Shown piece after piece: positions 1 through 13,624 of a stretch of 64,000 nt of DNA. The notes beneath the pieces are model-generated. The model was not told the origin of the DNA. It did no database searches and was given only the letters and a program-made list of their open reading frames with translations. The DNA lies in assembly GCA_951406725.2 (NCBI GenBank), contig OX597831.1, forward strand, positions 74,834,001 through 74,898,000. Direction: 5' to 3'. The stretch's first letter is position 1; every line of letters begins with the position of its first letter. A program made the translations under genes and the position numbers. This DNA comes from Octopus vulgaris (Eukaryota).

Positions 1-1310
1 AAGTTTGGCTTTGGTCAAATTCTTTTATTTCATTGGTTTTATCTAGTGTGATGTTGCTACTCTTAACTAGTTTTCCTCTTTTCAGGGTTACTTAGGCGCA
101 TTTCTCTAATCCAAATTTCATATCTATTTCTTTGGTAAATCCATGAACTGTCTTTAGTAGTGTTTCCAGCTGTTTGTCAATTGTAGCGTATAGTTTTAGG
201 TCATCCATATATAAAAGGTGGCTGATCGTTTTGCCGTAACATTTATATCCACATCCAGTTCTGTTTAGCATATCAGATAGAGGTGACAGTGCAAAGCAGA
301 AAAGGAGTGAAGAGAGCGTATCTCCTGGAATATACCTCTTCTAATGGGGATTGCTTTGGTTTTCACAAGTCCCTCTTTTGTTTGGAGCTGTAGCACTGTC
401 TGCCATTTATTCATAGAGTGTCCTATGTAATTTATAATTGTTGGTGCAACTTTGTTCATGGCTAGTGTTTCGAGGATCCATGTTTGGGGGATGCTATCAA
501 ACGCCTTTTTGTAGTCGATCCAGGCCATACAAAGGCCTTTCTTCTTTCTGTGGCTGTCTTCAGTTATGGCTTTATTGATCATTAGTTGATCTTTACAGCC
601 ATATGAGCCCTTGCGGCATCCTTTCTGCTCTTCTGGAAACAGGTTGTTTTCGTCCAGGTGCTTGTTCAACCTTTGCGATATCACTGCAGTAAATGCTTTG
701 TACATTGTAGGGAGACAGGTTATAGGTCTGTAGTTTTCTGGTTTTGCTGTCTCATTTGATTTGGGAATTAAGATGATTTTCCCCTTCGTGAGCCATTCAG
801 GCATTGTCTCTGACTCTGCCAGTATGTTGTTAAAGTTTTCAGCCAGCTTTTTGTGCATTCCTGTTAGATATTTCAGCCAGAAGTTGGGGATCTTGTCATG
901 CCCAGGTGCCTTCCAGTTGCTTAGTCTTTGCAGTGCCTGGGTGACCTCTTCAGTTGTTATGGGGGTCCAAAGTTGCTCAGATGCTGAGTTTGTTGTTTTA
1001 ATACTCCTGTTTTTTTTTTGTTGTTCGTTCGCCGACCATATTTCTCTCCAGAATTCTTCCACTTCTTCTGCCGTTGGTGCTGCAGTGATTTCTATTTTAT
1101 TTTTGCCAAGTTCTTGGTAGAACTTTTGGGGGTTGGATTTGAACTGTTTGTTTTGTTCAAAGAAACGTTGGCGTTTCTCGTACCGGCAGATCCTTTGTGC
1201 TTTGGTAAGGATGTCTTGCTTTAGCTTTTCTTTTATCTCAGGTAAATCTTTTTCTGTGATGTTGTATTTGCGGTGTATTTTTGTTGCTCAGTAGCGTTGA
1301 TTGTCTACTG
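1..1310 (-). pseudogene. Non-LTR retrotransposon reverse transcriptase, Dong/R4-like, 5'-truncated and disrupted
   Basis: ORF 265-1062 has RT motifs KAPGHDKI, LIPK...NYRPITCL, EQKGCRKG, WIDYKKAFDS and RGIFQ. After a 1-nt frameshift near 326 it continues GDTLSSLLF...HLLYMDDLKLYA (YMDD near 200-211). In-frame stop near 92. The upstream frame reads RYEKRQRFFEQNKQF...KFYQEL, typical of R4/Dong ORFs. Confidence 0.85.
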
Positions 1311-1334
1311 ATTTCATTAAGAATCGACAGATCT

Positions 1335-1345
1335 TATTATTATTA

Positions 1346-1421
<76 letters not shown>

Positions 1422-1489
1422 CATTATTATTATTCAGGTCACTGCTTGGAATCGAACTCGGAATCTTGGGGTTAGTAGCCTGCGCTCTT
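1335..1489 (-). mobile_element. Short tRNA-derived retroposon with (TAA)n tail
   Basis: Reverse complement reads AAGAGCGCAGGCTACTAACCCCAAGATTCCGAGTTCGATTCCAAGCAGTGACCTG, with anticodon-arm-like sequence and B-box GTTCGATTCC, followed by about 33 TAA repeats. Confidence 0.6.
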
Positions 1490-2552
1490 GCATATGGCAT
1501 ATGGCGTAGTGGTTGAAAGAGTTCCCAGTTTTTCACTGGAACCTATTAGTAGGATGAATGAGATGACAGGAAGTAAACCAGTTAATGAGTAAACCATAAG
1601 TTAATGAGTATATTAATGAGTCACGTGATAGATATGTTATAGTTCCAGCAGATGGAGTGACATGGAATTTTGTTACCATTAGTAAAAATGTATTATTTAT
1701 TGGTTTTAGGTTATTAGTTGGGATTAGGTTGTGACTAATTTTAAAGGTAATACTATGTATATGGTTGTACGGAATAAAGCTAACGAAGTAATCAGAAAAT
1801 TAGTACCTCAGGTGGAAAAGGTGAGTGGTTCCAGAGGTGAAGGGAAAGAAAAGGATATCTCCAAGGATTTATATTTAAAAACTTTTTTTTATTTTATTTA
1901 TTTTTTTTTTTATTGGATTCTTAAATTTCACAAGATTCCATATAAAAGTAGACTTATTGCAGAATCTGGAAAATGTACCAAAAAACAGCTATTTCTGTTG
2001 CTTCATCAAGTTTAAAATGTTATTAAGTCGTCCGTTATGAGGTACCGTGAAAGAATTTATTTGCGATTCTCGTTTAAGATTATTTTGGAGTATAAAGTCC
2101 AGAAAGGAATTTTGAAACAAACTGCAAAGAATTGAAGTAGTTTGGACCAGAGATGGATGGGATTTTTTTATGCTGTATTCTAGAAGAAAGTATATTTAGT
2201 GTTACTGAAGTCATCGTCATCATCATCATCACCTTCATTGTCATCATCATCAACACCATCATCACATCATCACCACCACCACTACCCCCGCCCATCATCA
2301 CCATCACCATCATTTAACAAACCTATTCCATGTTGACATATGCTGGACGACTTGACAGATGGCAGATGGCAAGCCAGAGGACTGGACCCAGCTCTGCTCT
2401 CTGCTTTGGTATGCTTTCTACAGCCAGATGCCCTTCCTAGCACCAACCACTTTACAGAGTGGACTGGGTGCATTTTACATGGCACCAGTGTTTAATAAAG
2501 GCTATAAGTATATTTCCATTAAGAATTGCGAAATGCTTTTTATCTAAGCATA

Positions 2553-2709
2553 GTCGCAGGAGTGGCTGTGTAGTAAGTAGCTTGCTTACCAACCACACTT
2601 GCCCAAGGTGCCACGCAGTGCACCTTGGGCAAGTGTCTTGTACTATAGCTTCGGGTCAACCAAAGCCTTGTGAGTGGATTTGATAGACGGAAACTGAAAG
2701 AAGCCTGTC

Positions 2710-2784
<75 letters not shown>

Positions 2785-3030
2785 CGTGTGTGTGTGTGTG
2801 TGCTTGTGTACGTGTGTATGTTTATGTGTCTGTGTTTGTCACCCTACCATTGCTTGACAACCAATGTTGGTGTGTTTATGTCCTCGTATCTTAGCAGTTC
2901 AGCAAAAGACCCCGATAGAATAAGTACTAGGCTTACAAAGAATAAGCCCTGGAGTCGATTTGTTCAACTAAAAGGCGGTGCTCCAGCATGGTCGCAGTCA
3001 AACAAGTAAAAAAAGCAAAAGAAATTAAAG
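2553..3030 (+). mobile_element. tRNA-derived SINE, main family of the window (copy with rearranged head)
   Basis: Head GCAGGAGTGGCTGTGT..., CCTTGGGCAAGTGTCTT core, internal (TA)n(TG)n and 3' GGCGGTGCTCCAGCATGG...AACAAGTAAAA. Matches the copies at 9310, 25086, 28028 and 61265. Confidence 0.85.
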
Positions 3031-3797
3031 AATATAATGGTTATATGCATTTTAGTAAAAGTAGACTAAAGGAATTTATCAGCTTTGATCATTAATGATA
3101 ATTATATCACATTAGCAGGGAAGGTTTTTAGACAAATTAAAGGAATTCTGAAGAGGTAATGGTAGCCTTTTATTAACAGATATATATATCATGTGAATTC
3201 AATTTCCTTAATGATCTATACTGCAGGAAAACGATGGGTTTGGTCAAACAACTTGGTGAACACCGCAGGTGTATCAATGACATTTTTATTCTTAATTACT
3301 ATAATTTTGGATATTAGCTTGAGAAAATTTATCCACATCTTGAAGTGACTAGAAATGGTGACTCAGTAAACAAAGTTAACCACTTAGATGGTTAGTGTAA
3401 GTAAAAAGACTGCAACTAGTATTTATAATAAAACTGGTAATTTTGATTATCGCATAACGTCTTTACTCTGGATGCTCAACGGAATTCCTCTTAGGATAGG
3501 CGATAATGTGTTTTCCAGTCGGGTTATTAGATATGGTAGAATTATAAAATGAGGTTGGAATGTTTCTGGATAAAGTTAAAAAATTATTGAAACATAGACA
3601 CAGGTGTGGCTGTATAGTGAGACGCTTGCTCCCCAGCCTCATGGTTTGGGGTTCAACCCCACTGCGTGACACTTTGCACAAGTGCCTTCTGCTATAGCCC
3701 CGGGTTGACCAAAGCCTTGTGAGTGGATTTGCTAAACAAAAACTGTAAGAATCCCATCGTATATATCAAAATAAGCAACAAGGATATCCAAAGCTAG

Positions 3798-3885
3798 TGT
3801 AGTACAATCGTTTCATGCTACTTCATTTAATTAAACTATGTAAGTATTACATCAGTTTTAAAATTTAGAGCACTCATCAGCCACA
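3798..3885 (-). ncRNA. Type I hammerhead ribozyme motif with long loop 2
   Basis: Minus strand: TGTGG CTGATGA GTGCT...AGCAT GAAA CGATTG TA CTACA. Confidence 0.6.
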
Positions 3886-4095
3886 TATGGAATTTTTAAA
3901 AACTTAAATTGACAATGTTAATTTTTCTACTTAATTCAATTTGCCAACATTACAAAGAGGGTAGGTTTATAGATAGAGGTGTCTCTGTCTATATACCTAC
4001 CCTCTTTGTAATGTTCCTACCCTCTTTGTAATGTTGGCAAATGGAATTAAGTAGAAAAATTAACATTGTCAATTTAATTTTTTTTTAATTCCATA

Positions 4096-4183
4096 TGTGG
4101 CTGATGAGTACTCTAAATTTTAAAACTGATGTAATATTTACAGTGTATAATAAAATGAAGTAGCATGAAACGATTGTACTACA
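4096..4183 (+). ncRNA. Type I hammerhead ribozyme motif with long loop 2
   Basis: TGTGG CTGATGA GTACT...AGCAT GAAA CGATTG TA CTACA, with one mismatch in stem II. Confidence 0.55.
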
Positions 4184-4329
4184 CTACCTTTGGATACCTT
4201 GTTGCCTATTTTGATTATAATCACCCCATTTGATTGATATGGATAATACCATACAAAATTCTGGTGCCTTTAACTTAAGTAGCATATTCATCTGAATATA
4301 TATATATATTTATATATATATATACATAC

Positions 4330-4387
<58 letters not shown>

Positions 4388-4401
4388 TTACATATATATA
4401 T

Positions 4402-4519
<118 letters not shown>

Positions 4520-4937
4520 CCTACATACACACACATATATATATACATATATGTATATATATATGTATATATATATATGTATGTGAGTGTGTCTGTGTTT
4601 CCAATTGTTGCCCACCACCGATTGACAACCAGTGTTGGTGTGTTTACATCTCTGTAACTTAGCGGTTTGGCAAAAGAGACTGAAAGAATAAGAACTAGGC
4701 TTTGAAAAAAAAACATGTACTGGGATTAATTCTTTTGGTTAAAAATTCTTGAAGGCAGTGCCCCAGCTTGGCCACAGTCTAATGACAAAAACAAATAAAA
4801 ACTACAAAAAATATGGAACAACAAACAAAATATTAGTTAAATGCTAAATCTGTTGCTAGGAGAAAAATTGCAGAAACTTGAAAAAAGATAGAATCTGGAT
4901 TGGTTGTCATATATTGTGTATAGTCGCTCCACTGGCA

Positions 4938-4996
<59 letters not shown>

Positions 4997-4997
<1 letters not shown>

Positions 4998-5178
4998 GTT
5001 GGAATTTACACACAAAAAAAAACAAAGGACGAAGACAGGTGTGTAAACAACAAACAAGTGTTAGTTTAACACTCGGGAAGGTGAGAAGTCTTTTACGTTT
5101 CGAGCCTACGCTCTTCATCAGAAAGGAAAACGAGAAAATAAACAGAGAGAGAATAAAAAAGGTTTAGTGGCAGTCGAT
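4997..5178 (-). mobile_element. (TA)n-flanked hammerhead element of about 190 bp, family A
   Basis: Homologous to 27400-27592, 33722-33908, 43282-43495 and 60878-61036, all inserted in TA repeats. Confidence 0.75.
5090..5125 (-). ncRNA. Minimal type I hammerhead ribozyme
   Basis: Minus strand: CTTT CTGATGA A GAGC GTAG GCTC GAAA CG TA AAAG. Intact core, 4-bp stems I and II, palindromic ACGT stem III and GUA cleavage triplet. Confidence 0.75.
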
Positions 5179-5421
5179 ATATATATACGTATATCTATAC
5201 ACACACACACACTATAGACAATATTGAAAATAAGGATTATTCCGAACTAACAATACCTTTAATTCTATAATTATATACAACCTTTTAAGACCAACACATG
5301 TTTCAATTGTACCGGTTGGTCATCGTTGCAATTGCAGCCCTACTATAAAACGGTGCAGTCCCTTCAGGGTCTTCCCTTGCTACCACTTTTAAAAACTCTG
5401 CGTTGTATAATATATATATAT

Positions 5422-5690
5422 ATCACCGTGATCACCGTCACCGACCAGGCTATCAGATGTTGTTACACACGCTGGTCACAATGCGCTTCGCATTGTTTTA
5501 GCCTTCAATTGACGCCACCCCGCTGGCTAAACGAGCAAGCCAATAGAAGAAAGAGTGAGAAAGTTGTGGCGAGAGAGTACAGCAGGGATCGCCAGCACTC
5601 CCTGCCGGAGCTGCGTGGAGCTTTTAGGTGTTTTCGCTCAATAAACACTCACAACGCCCGGTCTGAGAATCGAAACCGCGATCCTACAAT
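5422..5690 (-). mobile_element. tRNA-derived SINE, second family, with RTE-like 3' tail
   Basis: Minus strand begins GTAGGATCGCGGTTTCGATTCTCAGACCGGGCG (B-box-like) and ends CTGGTCGGTGACGGTGATCACGGTGA. Confidence 0.7.
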
Positions 5691-5729
5691 CTACTGGGCC
5701 AATGCGTCTCCACTTTATATATATATATA

Positions 5730-5764
<35 letters not shown>

Positions 5765-5769
5765 GTATG

Positions 5770-5839
<70 letters not shown>

Positions 5840-5846
<7 letters not shown>

Positions 5847-6216
5847 GGCAGTTTGTCTGTGCGTTTTCTGTGTGTCTGTTTTCTCGTACCCTCACTCTGA
5901 CCACGGCTTTCAACCGATTCTGATGAAACTTGACACACACATAGCCCAATGTCATAATTCAAAACTAACGCAGCGAAAATTTTGAAAAGTTCCCCCAGTT
6001 CTGAAAAAAAATCGATAAATTCGACATGGGGTCGAGAATCAGAAACCCAAACCACAGACCGTCTAGGGGACGCAACTCCACCTTTTTTTAACTCTCAAAA
6101 AAAAATTTACCATATTATTTTTTTTCCATTTTTTTGCTATTTTTTGGCTATAACTCTCTAAAAATGCTTTATAGTTATTTCCCTACAAACCTGAGCAACG
6201 CCGGGCGATACTGCTA

Positions 6217-6218
<2 letters not shown>
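5840..6218 (+). mobile_element. Non-autonomous Helitron-like element
   Basis: 5' GTTTGTCTGT repeats, CAACCGATTCTGATGAAACTTG motif and 3' end GAGCAACGCCGGGCGATACTGCTAG followed by T. Same 3' end as the element at 12620. Confidence 0.7.
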
Positions 6219-6307
<89 letters not shown>

Positions 6308-6593
6308 AAGAAATGTGTATGTATGTATGTATATATTCACACACATATGAATATGTATGTATGTATATGTATATATGCCAGCCCTCATTGAAATTGTCTA
6401 ACCCATGCGAGCATGGAAAGCGGACGTCAAACGACAACAATGATGATGATGGTGTACCACACCTCATGTTAATTTTTAGTTAGCTTCCTAATGCTCCATA
6501 TATTAGATATATTAACGCTAATGAACTGCTGGAGTCCATCTGCGCTTCTAAATGAGTCATTTCTATTCAAGAACATACAAATATACATATACA

Positions 6594-6761
<168 letters not shown>

Positions 6762-6987
6762 CACACACATATATAGATATATATATATATATCAGTCACT
6801 ATGGAAATTAATTTCAGGACTTTTGCTAATATTTTACCACGAAACATTACGTTATTATTTAATTAACAGTCACATGATAAATATATCTGTCTAATTTTTT
6901 CTCTCACCCTGTATACTTATACATACATACATACATACATACATACATACATACATACATACATACATACATACATACATACAGACA

Positions 6988-7033
<46 letters not shown>

Positions 7034-7481
7034 ATTCTGCTTTCGTGTATGAGTAAGAGTTTGCTTCTCTATCACCTTCTCTCTGCCTATCTCTCTTTCC
7101 CATTACACACACACACACATACACACACATGTACACACAAAAATCCTTTTTTTTTTTATCAAACTTTAACTGTGGCTAGTTGCCAGTTATTTGTTGTCCG
7201 TTGGTAGTTGTCCAAGACTAAGTTATGAACATTTTAAAATATCCAGCTTATAAATGTATATCACATATACATGCATACAAGCATATGTGTGTGTGTATGT
7301 ATGTTTTTATGTATGTATGCATGTATGTATGTATGCGTGTGTGTATATGTGTGTATGAATGGTAAAACAATATAAATACATATATATCATATATATGTAC
7401 ATATATTTATATGCATATATACATATATGGATATATATATATATACACACACACACACACGCACACATACACACATATATG

Positions 7482-7536
<55 letters not shown>

Positions 7537-7661
7537 GGATAAAGAGAGAGAGATATCATATGTGTATCTATCTATGTATTTATATATAGATGTGTATGTG
7601 AGATTGTCTGTGTGTGTATATAATTCATATATATATATACATAAATAATACATACATAAAT

Positions 7662-7800
<139 letters not shown>

Positions 7801-9209
7801 CATAAATATAAATTATACACGCACTTTACACACCCTAACATACACTCACAAAAACGATATATTTCCAATCTGTAGTTCTCAGCAAGAGAGGTTCTGCTTG
7901 ACTTTAATATCTCAAATGACTTTAATGGATAATAAATTTAATGTCAACATATCAAAAATATCACATACTAAAATAGGAACCTACCCATACAGACAGAGAA
8001 CGGAGGGGAATGAGGGTGAGGGATGTATAGTTGATTGTATCAATACCTATCTTCTGATTTGCTTCTTTTTTTTTTCTTTATAGAACTGGAACGAAAGAAA
8101 GGCAGAGTGAACGCAAGCAAGACTTGAACCTGCCTCTGACAATTTATATTAAAATCAATTAATTCTTTAACGCCAATATTTCTAATGAAATATACTCATT
8201 ATGACTTTCAGGTTATTGTGAAAGTAATCAATAATTTGAGGGCATTTTGTAAAATAACGAACCTGCGATATTGTTGATATGGTGATAGGCACAGGAGTGA
8301 CTGTGTGGTAAGTAGCTTGCTTACTAACCAGTTCCATTGCGTGGCACTTTGAGCAAGTGTCTTCTACTATAGCCTCAGGCCGACCAATGCCTTGTGATAA
8401 TGTCACAGGTGTGATGAAGCACGAATGGTCACTGAAGGAAAGTGCCATGGGTTACATCAAGTAGAAAACCTTTGAGAAGTGCAAGTTTTATTGCAATTGC
8501 AGCAGAAAGCGCAAGCTATGCTTAGTCAAGAAAAGTGCCATGTTAAAAGATTCTTTCTGCACGGATATCGACCTAAACTGCAGAAACGATATTTTAAGCC
8601 CATGCCCACAGGAGAGAAAGTACATGTTGACTTACTTATAGGCTCCATACATGTTTACAAATGTCAGGACCTCAACCATCAGTCATCCCACCGTCACATT
8701 GTGAGACCCTTTCAATGTATGAATAAACTATACACATATGGACACATATGCGCATATGAATCCATGTGGGATTATATGTTTAGGTACCCACCCAATTCCC
8801 CTCCGTAAAAAATCCTTAGACACATATCAACCCTACACACACACACACCAATCCCTTCAACATCCCAGCGCATGTTTTAATGCACCAGACTCTTACTGCA
8901 TAATAACTCAGGTGTTTTTTGATGGGTCACCATATTTTTCCACACTTGTCATCCCTGAAGAGCATATGTGTTATGTAACTGTTCCGTTATCTAATATCCA
9001 GTATGAAACTGGGTGGTAAGATCAGCTATAATGGATCTATAATACTGCATGCTTTGGAAAAAAACACTCTATTGACAAATATACAAGCTTCTACTTTTTC
9101 TGAGCCTGCCATTCAGAAACACATAAAGACTGTTAAATTCATTTAAATGTTAAATAGCGTAAACATTTCTGTCACTTAAAACTGCGACCAAGTCAGTGAC
9201 TTTACATTA

Positions 9210-9245
<36 letters not shown>

Positions 9246-9309
9246 CTCTTTCTCTCTCTCCTACTCTCTATACATATGCGTCTATGTGTGTATGTATGTG
9301 TGTATATAT

Positions 9310-9462
9310 AGGCACAGGCATGGCTGTGTGATAAGAAGCTTGCTACCCAACCACGTGGTTCTGGGTTCAGTTCCACTCTGCGGCACCTTGGTGTCGTCTA
9401 CTATACACGCGGGCCGACCAAAGCCTTGTGAGTGGATTTGGTAGACGAAAACTGAAAGAAGC

Positions 9463-9543
<81 letters not shown>

Positions 9544-9820
9544 ACGGGCTTCTTTCAGTTTGTATATATATTTATATATCTATATGTATATATATGTTTT
9601 GTGTGTGTGTGTATGTGTGCGTGTCTTTGTGTTTGTGTTTGTTCCCCCCCACCACCATTGCTTGACAACCGATGTTGGTTTGTTTATATCCCCGTAACTT
9701 AGCGGCTTGGCAGAAAAGACCGATGGAATACGTACCAGGGGTCGATTTGTTCGACTAAAAGGCAGTGCTCCAGCAGGGCTCCAGTCAAAATGACTGAAAC
9801 AAGTAAAAGAATAGAATAAA
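9310..9820 (+). mobile_element. Main-family tRNA-derived SINE
   Basis: Head with GGTTCAGTTCC B-box, internal microsatellite and conserved 3' part. Confidence 0.85.
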
Positions 9821-9977
9821 ATACAATATATATGTATTATTCATAAGCAGCTAAGTCTGTGTCCGGTCATAGAGTGACCAATGGTTTTGCATCTACAAAG
9901 AGTTTAGCCCAGTGAAAGTCTCATCAGAGTCTGAAGCCGAAGACGAATGTCTTCGACCGGACATAGATTTAACCACG

Positions 9978-10616
9978 GAGTCTTTTATTCTTTTACTCGT
10001 TTCAGTCATTTTGACTGGGGCCATGCTGGAGCACCGCCTTTTTAGTCGAAATCGACCCCTGGACTTATTCTTCGTAAGCCTACTACTTATTCTAACGGTC
10101 TCTTTTGCCGAATCGCTAAGTTACGGGAACGTAAACACACCAACATACATACACACCAACATACATACACACCAACATACATACACACTCATATACATAC
10201 ATACATACATACATACATACATACATACATACATACATACATACATACATACATTATGGCTGCCCCCACGTTATCGAGTATGTCCATTGCACGAAGCTTA
10301 ACTGCTACTGGTGCTGTGATCGAATGTGACTTTTTAGCCCAGCTAAAGATCTACAATGTCTTGTACAGAATTGGCAACTAAAACCTTTACTGGTAATAGC
10401 GGACTGTAGTTGTAACTGGGTTTCATGTACCTTTGCATGTCGTTTAAGTCCTCCTGCCGAATTACACTCTCTTCCACATGCCCGACAGATATGATTAGCA
10501 TGGTGTGTTACACCACCACCAGTGGCCAGGTTGTCACTCATCTGTCTCGTTTTATGACTACGAAGATGACTCATGATACATACATACATACATACATACA
10601 TACATACATACATACA

Positions 10617-10652
<36 letters not shown>

Positions 10653-10808
10653 CGACGGGCTTCTTTCAGTTTCCGTCTACCAAATCCACTCACAAGGCTT
10701 TGGTTGGCCCGAGGCTATAGTGGAAGACACTTGCCCAAGGTGCCACGCAGTGGGACTGAACCGGGAACCATGTGGTTGGTAAGCAAGCTACTTACCACAC
10801 AGCCACAT
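9978..10808 (-). mobile_element. Main-family SINE interrupted by an RTE zinc-finger fragment
   Basis: Tail at 9978-10145 and head at 10650-10808, with a LINE fragment inside the (CATA)n tract. Confidence 0.75.
10252..10575 (-). mobile_element. RTE LINE 3' end encoding tandem C2H2 zinc fingers
   Basis: CRACGRECNSAGGLKRHAKVH and CQFCTRHCRSLAGLKSHIRSQH, then stop, short 3'UTR and (GTAT)n tail. Same finger type as at 15433 and 24460, where it follows RTE C-terminal motifs. Confidence 0.65.
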
Positions 10809-11101
10809 ATAAATACATTACTGCTCTGTTCTTTTGAGTTAGCTTCTCCTTCGGATATATGATACATTGACGATGTGTGTGTGTGTGTGTGTGTGTGTGC
10901 TTGTGTGTGTTTGTGTGCGTGCGTGTATGTGTGTGTGCGTGTGTACGTGTGTCTGTGTGCGTGCGTGTGTGTATGTGTGTGTGTGCGTGCGTGCGTGTAT
11001 GTGTGTGCGTGTGTGTGTGTTTGCGCGTGTGTGTGTTTGTGTGTGTGTGTGTGTGCGCGTGTGTGTTTGTGTGTGTTTGCGTGTGTGTGTGTGTGCGTGT
11101 G

Positions 11102-11132
<31 letters not shown>

Positions 11133-11234
11133 ATTTGTGTGTGTGCGCGTGTGTGTGTGCGTGTATACACTTGGTCATATTATCTCTTGGTCCGCCTGTC
11201 CGTCTGGCCAGTCAGTCTTCGCATTCCGTCCAAT

Positions 11235-11407
11235 TCAACCAAAATTTGGTAAGATCAGTTTACAGTTATCTATTTGGAGGACATCGGTAAACTGAAGGTG
11301 CCTGGCACTTTCTCGTTTCTCTTCAGTTATCATCTCCATCCTTTCTATGACTAATTCTACCCAAAATAGAAATTGCTTCTTATAAAAGTTCGACTGACTC
11401 AAAGTCC
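11235..11407 (-). CDS. Candidate terminal coding exon of an unknown gene
   Basis: Pyrimidine-rich acceptor CTGTCTGTTTGTGTTTAG followed by the non-repetitive open frame TLSQSNFYKKQFLFWVELVIERMEM...LPNFG*. No recognisable domain. Confidence 0.25.
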
Positions 11408-11844
11408 CTAAACACAAACAGACAGCTATGTGTGGGTGTGTAACTATGCGTGTGTATGTGTATATATCCATATGTGTGTGTGTATAAGTAGGTACGTGTG
11501 TATGTATACACATTTATATGATGTTTTGGGGGTAAAAAAAAAAGAAGAAAAGGGAACGATATAACATTAATTTTCATTCGTCCATCATTACATAATGTAT
11601 ATGACCCAATAATTGAAATTCTTGCCCGCATCCAAACACACATACACACGCATGTACACTCACACAGACACACACGTTCATATGTGTAATATGCATACAT
11701 ATTTATACATGTGTATGTATATATTTATGTGTGTATGTGTATACATGTATACATTACGCTCTGTACTCGACTATTTTATTCTGAAGCATGGTTCGCTATG
11801 CCTAAAGCAAATTTTAAGATACAAACATGCATATATACATACAC

Positions 11845-11908
<64 letters not shown>

Positions 11909-12060
11909 TATATACAAACATACAAAGTATGGGGGTTTAGTTCACAGGTGATCTAAATGACAAGGTGTGCTAGGTAAGTGCTGTAACGGATTACGAGGGC
12001 TCCAAGGTTATAGCCGAGACGGTAGTTATGGAGCCATTTCAGATTCCCGATGCAGTGGAT

Positions 12061-12238
12061 ATATAATTGATAAAGAGGACACAAACGTTAGGGAAGACAA
12101 ACATCACAAGTCATATACGTTGTTATTATTGGAAAAAAATTCAAGTCCTTGAGTTTTTTTCCCCGATAATAATAAAGTATATGACTTGAGACGTTTGCCT
12201 TGTCTTAACGCTTGTTGTCCTCTTTAACAATGTTATAT
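12061..12238. repeat. Imperfect palindrome / MITE-like fold-back
   Basis: AAAGAGGACA...CAAGTCATATAC pairs with GTATATGACTTG...TGTCCTCTTT. Centre TCAAGTCCTTGA. Confidence 0.7.
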
Positions 12239-12619
12239 ATATATACATATCTACATATATGTACGGGTATGTATATAAATTATGTGTGTGTGTGAATAAA
12301 AGGGATGGAAAAGGTAGTCGAGTACTACAGATGTTTCAAAAATACACCGAGTGCAATTTACGTAATAATACGAATGTCATGTAACCGTCGATTGTACTTT
12401 TTCGTCTGGTCCATACGATTATTTAATTGAAAATAGTCCGTGTCTTCAGGCAAAAAGAAGGCAAATCTTCAAGATAAAAAGTTGTTGACTTGTTGATATC
12501 ATTGAAGTTACAGCGGTTGGTGTGTTATTGTTTATTAATTTGGTTTCGTTAACACAGCTTAAACGTGATAGAATATATTAAATCATATTCTAAGTTATCT
12601 CTACAAATATTCTATAGAA

Positions 12620-13008
12620 CTAGCAGTATCGCCCGGCGTTGCTCGGGTTTGTTTCGACCCTTTAGAATTGGAATTTTTTTGAAAAGTAAAAAGTTTGCAT
12701 TACGTAGCTTCTTATTCTCTTTAAGTGAACAATTTTCTGGTTGAAATACACCGAAAAATGGCGACACAGCAGTCAAAACATCGTAAAAAATAGGGTTTTC
12801 ATAGGAAAAAAGCCCCTTTTTATGTAAATAATTTTTGGTGTTAACATGGTTCGATTTGAATTTTTTCTTCTACGGAAGGAAGAGCAAGCCTTCTTCTATC
12901 ATACTTTCAATTTTGGGCAACTTGCGCCGCAGGGTCTCGGAGGAGATAGTGTTAGCTGAAGGCTACCAAACCTGCCATACACAGACAACTTCAGCTTTAT
13001 ATAGAGAG
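12620..13008 (-). mobile_element. Non-autonomous Helitron-like element
   Basis: CTAGCAGTATCGCCCGGCGTTGCTC is the reverse complement of the 3' end at 6193-6217. Confidence 0.65.
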
Positions 13009-13419
13009 AGATTTAAAGCCAGCACTGAAAGTCATGACGTTTCGTATGCGAAAATCTGTAGAAATAACCTAAAGGTTGTTAAATCGCATTACCAAAAAAA
13101 AAAAATAAAAAACTGGAAAAAATAGGACACACGATTAACTTATAAACTTTTGATATACTCTGTGGTACATTCAAGTTGCAAAACGAAATATGGTGTCTCT
13201 ACCGGACAATAAATTGTGATCTTTGGATGGCAATTAAATCATTTTGACTAAAATCCCATAACTCAGCCATCATTGAGAAAAGATTTCCAATTCTGTTCAT
13301 AGAAAGTTTTTTAAGTCATACAAATATTACAAACAAATTGTATTCCAATGCTGCGAGCAACATCTCTCTTCAACGAAACTCTTTTCTACAACTACAATTA
13401 CTACTACTACTACTACTAC

Positions 13420-13506
<87 letters not shown>

Positions 13507-13583
13507 TAATAATAATACACACACACATACACACATACACACATACGTATATACGATGTACGTGTGTGTGCATGCATCTTCTC

Positions 13584-13624
<41 letters not shown>

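Larger units (their letters stand above)
3765..4295. mobile_element. Penelope-like terminal-repeat element with inverted 5' copy (palindrome of about 450 bp)
   Basis: 3765-3975 is the reverse complement of about 3985-4215, and each arm contains a hammerhead motif. A related single copy lies at 30727-30920. Confidence 0.65.

Noticed and set aside
1435-1489. Functional tRNA gene
   Set aside because: The acceptor stem and D-arm are missing on that strand and it carries a microsatellite tail, so it was treated as a retroposon.
5290-5340. Additional hammerheads here and near 12320-12455, 13030 and 28835-28970
   Set aside because: They have a GAAAC or CTGANGA box but lack a consistent set of stems.
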